Assembly: GCA_020536535.1 (NCBI GenBank)
Contig: JAHLWZ010000163.1
Location: forward strand, 8,325-72,324
Source: Pelomyxa schiedti
Taxonomy: Eukaryota; Protista; Evosea
DNA length: 64,000 nt
Reading direction: 5' to 3'
The translations under genes were made by a program, and so were the position numbers. Shown here in pieces: positions 27,681-38,455 of this stretch (the stretch's first letter is position 1; each line of letters begins with the position of its first letter). Below the pieces are notes generated by a model that was not told where the DNA came from, ran no database searches, and saw only the letters and a list, made by a program, of their open reading frames with translations.

Positions 27681-28900
27681 CTAGTGAGAATCGGCAGGGC
27701 GGTCACGGGGCTCGGACTTGTCCCTGCTGTGCCTTTCACCCTCGTGGTCCCTGTCGCGGTCTCTGTCCCTGTCACGGTCACGGTCACGGTCCCTGTCTCG
27801 CTCACCATCTGCCCTGTCTCTGTCCCTGTCACGGTCGCGATCACGATCGCGGTCCCTATCCCTGTCGCGGTCGCGGTCACGGTCCCTGTCTCTATCCCTA
27901 TCTCTGTCTCTCTCACTGTCTCTATCGTGATCGCGGTCGCGGTCCCTGTCTCTGTCACGATCCCTCTCTCTATCTCTGTCACGGTCTCCATCCCTGGCCC
28001 TGTCATGATCGCGGTCCCTATCTCTGTCTGAAGAACGGCGGGCTGGTGAGTGTGAGCGGGACCTTGAGCGCGAACGTGAGTGAGATCGAGGGCGACTGCT
28101 ACCGCCACCACTGCCGCCGCCACTGTGACCATGTAAGGGAATACGGTATTGAGGTAGGGGGAGTACCTTCTACTTGGGCAATCTCTGGCCCAGTGGCCTT
28201 CACGTCCACATGAGAAGCACTTGTCATTATCTGAAGCGAAATGAGGGATTGCAATTGGAACAATCAAACGGGAACAGCAATATGTGTGACAGAGTGTGAC
28301 TAGTTCTGACGTGAACTGTGTTTGGCGAAGTGTGGCTACGACTGTGTGTGGCAAATGACTGTGTGAGCGCTAGAAACTGTGCTGCAACACAATCTTTGAC
28401 TGACTGTGAGGCACTGATGTGTTGACTTATGACAGAGGAGGGGGCCTTGTACTGACTTCAAGCCCCGACAAAACAACTAGCACAGCGTAAAGTGCGATAG
28501 TGAGGATCACACAGACAGTCTCACACAGCACAACCGAACTGAACTGAACTTACTTTGGCCTGAGTAGCCTGTGCCTTTCGCCCATTCGACAGTAATTCTG
28601 CAACCCATCAACTGAGAGCCTGTGACATGGAGGGGTCAAAAATACACAACAATGCGTGCGTTGGCAGAAACCATTCAGATCGTAAAGTGCGTCTTCGGCA
28701 TCTCTTCTGTCACGGAAGGCGACAAAGCCAAAACCTCGAGAACAAAAAAGGACATGTTAGCTACGAAATGCGAGGAAAATGGAGATGCTACCTCGGCCGC
28801 GTTTCACTTCGCACTTGTCGATAGGACCAAACTTGTGAAAGTGATCTTCAAGATCCCTCGAGGTGGTCTCGAATGATAGCCGACCCACAAACAACGACAT
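27681..28900 (-). CDS. SRSF7/9G8-like SR splicing factor (RRM + CCHC zinc knuckle + RS/RD repeats)
   Basis: MSLFVGRLSFETTSRDLEDHFHKFG...GFGFVAFRDRRDAEDA...RITVEWAKG; CFSCGREGHWARDC; RSRSRS and long (RD)n tract. Confidence 0.9.
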
Positions 28901-29149
28901 CGGGTTGGTTGTTTCCGGCCTTGGTTTATTTGTTTTTTTATGTACTCTTTCCGAATCTGATTGGAGGAAAAATCAGGAGCAAAAATGCAACTGAGAATCT
29001 CTGCACAGTGATGGAGTCTGAGGCTCCCACGCGGAGTACTTTGTAGGATTGAGCGAAATTCTGGCATTAGTTCCCTGCTCTGGTGCCACAGGCACCAGTT
29101 GGGGCAAAAAAGCGGAAAACGTACAATAAAAAGAAAAAAAAACAACGGG

Positions 29150-30098
29150 ATGCACAGCGACTATTACGACTTCTCTTTGACCACCTTCAGCCCTTCTGGA
29201 AAGCTGGTCCAGATTGAGTATGCCTTAAACGCGATGACCTCTGGTGGCACCGCTTTGGGCATTAAAGGCACGTCGCCCCCGTTATCCACCTTGTTTGTGA
29301 CGTTTTTCCCCCCACAACTGAAGCTAAGAACGGGGTTGTTATTGCCACCGAAAAGAAATTGCCCCCACTTATGGATCACACGACCGTGCAGAAGATCAGC
29401 CTTCTCACTGAAAACGTTGGTACTTCTCTCACATCTGATTTTATTGGAAGCTGTCAATAACGTTGGGGAAGGCATGGTGTATGCCGGAATGGGCCCAGAC
29501 AGCAGAGTTCTCGCTAGGAAGGGGCGAAAAGCTGCTCAACGTTACAAGCTTGTTTATGACGAGGATATTCCTTGCTCACAGATGGTAAAAGAATTGGCAG
29601 CTGTCATGCAAGAGTTCACACAGTCCGGGTAACGTACTCCTTCTTTTCTAACAACCGACTCAAATTATCCCAGTGGTGTGAGGCCATTTGGTGTTTCATT
29701 ACTTATCGCTGGTTATGATCATTCTGGTACACAACTCTATCAGGTAGGCCGGTCTGCTCTTTATTAGTACTAACAACTATTTGTAAGGTGGATCCATCTG
29801 GGTCATTCTGGGGGTGGAAAGCGAGTGCCATTGGGAAAAACATGGCTAACGCAAAGACATTCCTCGAGAAGAGGTTAACGAAAGTACTTTTCACAGTCAC
29901 TCTCTCAATCCTTCCAGATACCATGAAGATATGGAATTAGAAGACGCCATCAACACCGCCATCCTGACACTCAAGGAAGGGTTTGAAGGACAGATGACAG
30001 AAAACAATATTGAAATCGGCGTGATTTCTGATGACACCCGCACCTTCAGAGTACTTACCCAAGCACAAACAAAGGACTACTTGGATTTAATTGGTTAA
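29150..30098 (+). CDS. PSMA2: 20S proteasome subunit alpha type 2
   Basis: [94 protein letters not shown]. Confidence 0.97.
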
Positions 30099-30230
30099 GT
30101 GAATCCTCCCAAAAGAATAGTTTTGAGTACACCCAAGGCCTTTTTTTTGTTCCCCGTTGCTCATTGTATTGTGTGCAAAGAAAGAAAAAAAAGGAAAATT
30201 GTGCTTTAATATTTTCATGTTACCCTTCAT

Positions 30231-31548
30231 TTACAAGAAATCGATCTTTGAGGTTTGGGAACTGTTTGTCAAGCTGCCATTTCTCTGCAAAGTTGTACAC
30301 AGCTTCTCAAACAGTTCTCGTATGCCAGTACCCGTTTTGGCACTGCATTCAGAATAGAACACTCCAACTGGACCAGAGCCCCCTGAGCCTGTGCAGTGTG
30401 AGAAATCATTTTTGTGGCTAAAAGGGGTGTTGCAACCAGAGGAGCCATCTTCAGTTTTTCTGACAAATTCTTCTGCTTGTTCGCGGGTAATAACGCGCTC
30501 ACACTCCAAGTCCGTCTTATTTCCCACAATTGCGATGGTGATGCTTGGTGAGGCTCTCAGTCGCAACTCATCGACCCACCTCTTCATTGCCTCAAATGAT
30601 TCCTTTTTGGTGATATCTGTATAAGGGGAAAAGAAAACCAGAAGTAAAATAGCAGTAGGCTAAGTGAACACTCTTACCAAATACAATTAAGGCCGCAGCA
30701 GAGCCTGGAGAAAATGGTCAAATGGTATGGAGTAAATGTAGAGAAAGTACCTCGGTAGTACATTGGGGCTAAGGCACGGTACCTGGAGCTACTTTAACAT
30801 ACTTTTTTTATCTGATACAAAAAAAACCTTTCTTGACCAGCAGTATCCTTTCGTTTGTGTAAAGAGAAAAGTTAAATAGAGATGCAATTTGACAGGGGGA
30901 ATACCCATATTTCTAGCCTGAATGACTGGTCTGAAACCCTTATCTTGTGCAATAAAAAGGCGGCACTGGTGATGAAATGGTTTTAATTTCAAACATTCCT
31001 AAAAAGGGAACAAACCCGATTGTTGGTTCTGGTCTATCTAAGAACTGGTTAAATGTCTCAATGAAAGGTACAGAAATGTTGTGAAGAAAAAAATGGAATG
31101 GCTAAAACCTAAGAAGGTATTTTTGACAAGTCGTTGAGCTATACAAGTCTTGCCTGAAGAACAAAAATGAATAAACAATAAACACAAGGGGTGAGGGAGG
31201 AGAGAGCCCAAAACTAAATAAATCACTACTAATAAAGCTAAAGCTCTTTGCCCCGCCATTTTCGGTGTTTTCCCAAACCAATGTTAGGAGAAAACAAAAC
31301 AACTAACCAGCGCTCATTTCACCCAGCAAAACAATCTTGGCGCCGAGCTCCCCAGGGGGCCCGCCACCAGAAGGCGACCCAGAGCCGGCAGAAGACGCCG
31401 AAGCCGAGGCAGAGGAAGACGACGTGGTGGTAGAGGATCCCGACGACGAGTCGGCGTAACGAATGCCGCTGCTGGAACCACCACCGCCGCCATTTCCGCC
31501 TCCTGGCGTACTTTCTCCGTTTGATTGTTTTCCCCCACCGCAACCCAT
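30231..31548 (-). CDS. Rab5/Rab22-family GTPase with N-terminal MGC acylation motif and no C-terminal prenylation cysteines
   Basis: [71 protein letters not shown]; ends in KIDFL*. Confidence 0.9.
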
Positions 31549-31970
31549 CTCCTTTGTGTGCCTGTGTCTATAAGTGACGTAGATTGTCGCAATACCGCAC
31601 GTGACGGCTGCTGGGGAAGGAAAAAAAAGGATTAAAGGCGAAAAAAAGCAGTTCTTCTGCTGATCAGATGAGCGTGGAATTCGTTTTTTTTTGTAACGGC
31701 GATTGCACAGTTTCAAAGATCTACCGATCTATCACCCACAGACTAACTAGTGGGTTCAGTGGAGTGGGTGTCTTGTCTGCCCCAGAGTAAGTGGGATTGA
31801 TGATATTGATGTTGTTAGAAGAACCAATCTTTCGAAAAATCCGCAGAAGAAGGGGAGAGGACAAAAATTCAACTGTGCCTTCTCGTCATTGTTCTTTTTT
31901 TTCTCCCTTCGTTAGCCAAATAAAAAAAAAGCCAAAAAACAAATCAAGGCCGGGAAACGATCGAGGAGAC

Positions 31971-33788
31971 ATGGCTCACATTGCTGAAGTTTTGTGGGTA
32001 CGTTACTTCCCTGCGTCGTGTTTCGTGTTTTTCGGATCTCGTTATTCATTTATAACAAACAAATCACCAACGTCGATTGTGTAGGATGGGTTCGACAAGA
32101 CCATGGCGAAGGTGGATATCAACATCCGCACGATGAAGGAGTACTACGAATTCTTCAACAAGAGGTCTGGTATTGAGCGCGACTATGGTAGGCACTTAAT
32201 GGATTTGTGCAAGATGCACCCTGGTGGCAAAACTCCGGCTGTGGACAAAATGGAGAAGTGAGTGCAAGTGTTTCCGAGGAACGGGCAATAACGCAATTCT
32301 TCATGTAGGACAATGAAGGGTGCCCTTGTCACAGTATCCGACAGTGGGCAGAGAGTGGCACTTAAACATACAGATGTCTCCACCAAAATTACCAACGAAA
32401 TTGTCAAGCCCATCGAAGCTGCTGTGAAGCAAAGTGATCTTGATAAAAAGAGGGTTTGAATGGCAAGATATCATACTTTTTCCCAACTAGTATCCTAGAT
32501 TCTCGCCGACGGAACAAGAAGGATTAAAATCTACATGGATAGCGTTAATGCAGCTAACAAGGTATTCGGCTGTTTTTTTGTTGTTCCCTCCTAATCCTGA
32601 AATGTAAGGCCCACGAAAATTATATCAAAGCCTGCAAGGAATCAGAGGTTGCCAAGGATCAATATTTACGTGCTGAAGCCGAGGTCAAGGCTGCACCCGA
32701 ACCCAAGAAGACAAAACTCCAGCAGAACATGCCTAAGGTTTCACAATTTCCCTTGACGCACAGTAACCACTAGTAGTTTCAAACAAAACGTTCGCAATGC
32801 ATCGAAAAAGCCAACCAAATGGAGGCTGCCTACAAGGTTTTCCATTATTATCTAATGGAAGATTAATTGACATTTGTTTTGTAGGCTAGTGTGACTGCTA
32901 CCAATGAGGCTCAACAGAAGTTGTATTCTCAGGAAATGCCCGTAGTTCTTGCCGATCTCGAAAAAGTTATCGAAACCCAGTTTACATGCATGTCTCAGTG
33001 TGCCAAGAACTTCTTGAACATGCAAAGGGTAAGTTCACTTCCCAGCTCACTTTAAACTCACAAACCCCACCCAGGACTTCCCTCCTGAGCATACTGCCGC
33101 TATTGATACCATCAATACTGCAGTAAACGACCTCAGCTGGGCAAATGATTTACAGGAGTTTATTGATGCCACACGCAACCCTACCGCTACTGGCCCAACA
33201 CCAATGGAGTTCATAGCATTCGAAGGAAAAACTTCAGGTTGTCAGAACAAACTTGGTTGATCCCTCTCACTTCTCCCCCCAGATGCTCTTCCTGGAGAGT
33301 CTGCAAGTGCTACCCCCGCAACAACCACTGCGGCCCCTACAGTGTCTACTACCACGACTCCCACAGTAACTCCAACGCCAGCAACTACCGCTACCCCCAC
33401 CGCCACCGCTACACCCACACCAGAAACCACAGAAGCCAAGCCAGCTGTGGACGCCTCTGTTGGATCCTCGTCTGGTACACCCTCTGGCTCCGCAACCACA
33501 ACCACAGGTACCCCCGCTGAAACAACAACTCCTGCCACAACCACCCCAACTCCCACAGCGGCAGTTACTCCAACACCGGCTCCTAAAGGTGACTTTCCCC
33601 CGTTTTGTATCCCTGTCTTCTCACCTTTTCTTACAGCCGATCCCAACCTGTTTGATGCCAGTGGTGGTGTGTTCCCTTTCACCACTTTTCCCCACCTTCA
33701 CAGACTAACTTCTCATTCTTCAGACCTTTTTGGTGACCTTGGCACAAAGAAGCCAGTTGACGATCCCGCCGATTCCTTGTTCAGCTAA
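31971..33788 (+). CDS. F-BAR (FCH) domain protein with Thr/Pro-rich tail
   Basis: EVLW|DGFDKTMAKVDINIRTMKEYYEFFNKRSGIERDYGRHL fits the FCH consensus; helical region, then LFD/DLFG/SLF endocytic-type motifs. Confidence 0.82.
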
Positions 33789-35185
33789 AACTCCGCCTCC
33801 GTTTGCCCTCCTCTCTGTTGTTTTTGGTTGGGATTGAAGAATTTTTGTTCCTGCAAAAGCCCACATGACACTTCGTCTTCCTTTATCAGGTGCTTTGTAG
33901 CGCCAATGTGAATCTTCCGCCGTCGTCTTCTTGCAATAGGGCGTATTGGTGTGTTGTGGTGGGTGTACCTGAAAGAGCCGTAAAAGTCCCCTATGTGTTG
34001 TGTTTAGAATTTCACTTTCGGTGAGGACTTACTATGGAGACAGAGCTTGTGGCAGGCCGTAGGTCAGTGGGTTGATGGACGTGGGCACATACCATCAGGT
34101 CGTGTGGTGTGAGTTCATTTATGGCTCGGAGTCCTTGAATGAATGGTGTCACTTGTTCCTTGGCAATCCATAGGCCATTGCCACCTTGTATTTTGGGGGA
34201 AGGAGGTAATGAGTAGGGTTGAATTGGATTTGAGCAACGAGATTGAGAATACCATCGTGGGTGAGATAGGCTTTGGAACCGTTGGTGGAAGTCAGGCACA
34301 ATAGTTCTTTTGGTGAGTACTGCAAGTTTGGAATTGTGCTCAATGAGGACCGGTAGAGCTGGAACGCGAACCTGTCATGGTTTCCTGTTGGGAAAAAGGT
34401 GTAAGTAGTGACAATTGGTGTTGAACAAGGTTTATTGCAGCATACCTCCAATAATATAAACACTGTTACAAGCAGTGCAGAGACTATTAACCGTGGAGAG
34501 GAAAAATTCCTTATTTTGTACATTGCGGGCCATTGGGCCACTCATTTGATGAAACACATCACCAAGAACAATTAGTTGGTCAGTTCTCGTGGTAGCCACA
34601 ACTTTCTGCAAATCCTCCAGTGCCTTATTTATGGTTATGAATGCTTTGGCTTTGTGTGTTTAGGTTCCATGGCTTCACAACTAAGAAGCAAAAATAAGAC
34701 AAAAAATTGAAAAACTTGTTTTTGAGCGTCCACTGTAAAATAGCTGTCCCCAGTGCACGTAAGGTGCAAATCACCAACCAAAATAGCATTCCACTTGCTT
34801 ACCCACGCGCCGTTACTACGCCAAAAATGGCTACGTAGACACAAACCCACTTGTGGGAGCAGGCAAGGCGCCCAGCACCCCGCGTCTTAGCTCAAAACCT
34901 CCACTGTCAGCCATTCGAAAAAAAAATCAAAATGACGGTTAGAAAGTCCTTCCGTGATACTCTTTTTCCGATACGGGCTGTAGCACGCCCACAATTGTAC
35001 GCAATCGGCTTAACACAAAAAAACCTTGGCGCCAGTCTGTCACCAATGTTGCACCAAGTCTGGTGCCATAAAATACACGAAAAGATGTCATGCCCGTCTT
35101 ACAAAGGAAAGGCCTTCCCTGTTTGGCTACGTGAATCCATTCACGCGCTCATCCATTTCTATTTTATCGATGCATTTGGGTGAGC

Positions 35186-36889
35186 TTATAGATGAATGGT
35201 GTATATCCTCATTGTGTTGTCGAGGGTGATTTGGAGAACTTCTCTCTGTGAAGTGCCTTTGAGCCGTGCCACTTCTGATGCAATGACTGGAATATCTGTG
35301 CAAATTGAATTGTTTCTCAAGTCAAGATTGGTGGGAACTCTTACGGCCAGGGTGACCAGTTTGTCCTTTGAAGGGCACTGGGGCCATGTATGGCCCACAT
35401 GTGTCAAGAACAATGTGACCAAGGGGCAACATTTTTACAGTTTCTTGCATTCTGTCAGAGTAATTGGGAATATTGAAGGTCATTGCCCCGCTGATCCCAA
35501 AAGCAACATTTGGGAATCTATTTATTTGTTGTTTGAGGTAAGTCGATTGTGTACGGCACATATGGTACAACCTCCGCATTATTTGTGAGGCAAATTCTGG
35601 CCCACCTGTGAAACAGTGCATGTGGATTGGGTGGCTTGAAGGCAGCACTTCTGTCATCAGTCGGAGAGTGTCGTCATCAGCATCTCTGGGGATAAGGATA
35701 ACTATTTTTCTCTGAAAGGGGCATTGAAGACTCACCGGGTGTGCACAACAAGAGTTTTTTGGAACTCTATGGCTCTTTTCATTTGCCTGAAGGAGAGGTG
35801 AGTCGAAAACATGAATGTGGAAAAGAACCTTGGGAACACTTCTTGTTGAATTTCATGTGAGACAAAATTCTAATAAAAATTATATGTTGCAAGAAACTCG
35901 GTAATAATATCTCACTACCTTGAAGTAATCCAGACCACATTCACCCCACCCAACTGTTCGTGGGTGGGACATGCGCTCAATGATCTTGTTCTCATATTCT
36001 CCAGTGAATTGATTGGCAAAATGCGGGTGCACTCTGCAACCAGTCACTGTATGTGCGCTTAAACACAGACATACCCATATGCCGAGTAAATCCAGTCACA
36101 AGTATTTTGCAATTCAATGTATTGGTCAAGGTCCTCCGGCCCGACACATATGCTCACAGCGAATCTTATTGTGGGGAACAACAACTCTCTTGCAGTACTC
36201 AAGTCCAAGATTGGAGTTGCCTTTGGAGAACTTGCAGAGGTAGTTGAAGTTGTTACACTTGAAGCAGGTGCGGTCACAGATTTTCGCAGTTCATTTTTGG
36301 CCAGTCTATGCAAGACGAGACTTAAATGAACACCAGAATCGCAATAAGGTTGGTCACCAGGTTCCTCCACTGCAGTTGCTGCTTTTCCCGTTCCCTCACA
36401 GCTTCCAGAGGTGCTTGTGTGCTCTGGACCTCTGTGTGAGGTTGCAGAAGGTGCTTTGGTTTTTGCACCCCTTCCAGAACTGTGAATGGGGTTGTTTTTG
36501 TTGTTTGTTGTTACTTACAAAGTAAATTTTTAAAAGTACAAACATACGCCGCTGAACCACGAGGACGTGATAGCTGAACAGCAATCTTACGTTCGTCAAT
36601 AATGCAATTGTTCTTTTCTTCTACAGCGCGAATAGCACTTTCCTCAGTCTCAAACTCCATAAATGCGTACCCGCTAAGCACGTCAATAGAAACGCTATAC
36701 CCGCGCGTGAGAAATATACAATTAAAAAGCGGGAAGGGAGCAGACGGAAACATACATTGTCCCATAAGCACCAAACACAGCCTTTAATCCTGCCTCACCC
36801 AACGAGTAAGGTATGTTGCCTACAAATATCTACACTGTATTTCTTAGTTTCGTTGTAACGATCGACACCCAATCGTAAACCTTGGCCAT
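35186..36889 (-). CDS. RRM-TatD DNase-family fusion protein
   Basis: RRM: KIFVGNIPYSL...GYAFMEFETEESAIRAV. TatD: YGVHPH, WGECGLDY, VVHTRDA, HMHCFTG, VLDTCGPYMAP, ITLDNTMRIY. Confidence 0.88.
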
Positions 36890-36969
36890 TGCCGTTTGAA
36901 ATTATGTGATGATTCTTGGAATCCCAAGATTCAATGATTGCAAAACTGTCTGTTCTTTTCATTCTGTTC

Positions 36970-38223
36970 CAATAACATTCTGATGGTGTATATCCTCATG
37001 GTGTTGGCAAGAGTGATCTGGAGAACTTCTCTATGTGAAATGCCTTTGAGCCGTGCCACTTCTGATGCAATGACTGTGCAAATTGAATTGGGTTGTGTTG
37101 AAGTCAAGATTGGTGGGAACTCTTACTAGGCACACATGTGTCAAGCACAATGTGATCCAGTGGCAACACCTGTATGGTTTCTGGAACTGTGTCAGAGCAT
37201 TGGTAGGTTATTACTCCAGTGAGCCCAAAAACAATATTTGGGAATCTATTTGTTTGTTGTTGGGGGTAAATTAGACTATGTATGGGACATATGGAAACCT
37301 TCACATGAGTTGTGAGGCAAATTCTGGTCCACCTGTGTAACCGGGTGGCTTGGGTGACTTGAAGGCAGAACTTCCGTCATCAGTCGGAGAGAGTCGTCGT
37401 CAGCATCTCTGTGGATAAGGATAAGGATAACTATTTTTCTCTGGAAGGGGCATTGAACAATAAATTACCGGGTGTGCACGACCAGAGTTTTTTGGAATTC
37501 TATGGCTCTTTTCATTTGCCTGAAGGAGAGGTGATTTAAAAAGAACCTTCGAAACACTTCTTGTTTAATGTAATGTGAGACAAAATTCTGAAATTATGTG
37601 AAGCTCGGTAATGTATTATAACCCTGAAAGAAGCCATACCACATTCACCCCACCCAACTGGTCGTGGGTGGGACATGGTGCACTCTGCAGCACAGTGATT
37701 ACATGCTGTGGAGCAGACACATACCCATATGCCGAGTGAACCCAGTCACTAGTATTTTGCATTGCAATGTTTTGGCCAAAATCCTCCCGGCCGACATGGA
37801 TGTTCACAGCGAACCTCATTGTGGGGAACAACAACTCTCTTGTGGTCCGCAAGTCCAAGGCAAGGAGAGATGTTACCTTTGGAGAACTGGCAGAGGCAGT
37901 TTGAAGTTGTGACACTTGGATGCAATTCGGGAATCCATGCAACAGGCTGTCGCAGTTCATTTTTGACCAGTCTGTGCATGCGCAATACAAGACCTAAATG
38001 AACACCAGCATCACAATAAGGTCGGTCACCAGGTTCCTCCACTGCAGTTGCTGCTTTTCCTGTTCCCTCAAACATCAACGCTGCCTGGGGGACACGCACA
38101 TTGTACCATAAGCACAAACACAGCCTTGATTCCTGCCTCACGCAGAGTACCTAATCTTGCCTACAAATATCTACACTGTATTTTTGAGCACTACGCGGCA
38201 GCGATCAGCCGTAGCTGGCTCAT
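36970..38223 (-). pseudogene. Tandem degenerate copy of the RRM-TatD gene
   Basis: Collinear nucleotide similarity to 35186-36889, including introns, with 1-nt deletions in RRM exon 2 (in-frame TGA), loss of most of the RRM, and deletions in TatD exons (e.g. around HPH and GPYMAP). Confidence 0.82.
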
Positions 38224-38455
38224 AACTGGGTCCAAATGAAGCCCTCCACACCAGTTCACAGTTGCCGTCGGTACTCCTGACTGGGGTGCACCTTTTGGAT
38301 TCCCTTGGTAACTTTGCACCATGAAACCTGAGAGACATCATGTGCACTTTCACGGAATGATGAGCGCACCCTTCTTGTTACTGCATGCCAGAGCCTCATA
38401 GTCAAAAGCGGTTACTTTGTTGGGGGCGCCCAAAACAAAACAAAGAAACCACCAA

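Noticed and set aside
27563-28354. 263-aa ORF with ETGT/VT repeats treated as a separate gene
   Set aside because: It is mostly an alternative frame of the RD repeat of the SR gene and starts inside an intron.
33790-35180. Short minus-strand ORFs (e.g. 34149-34541)
   Set aside because: No recognisable domain and interrupted by stops; I could not build a defensible gene model.
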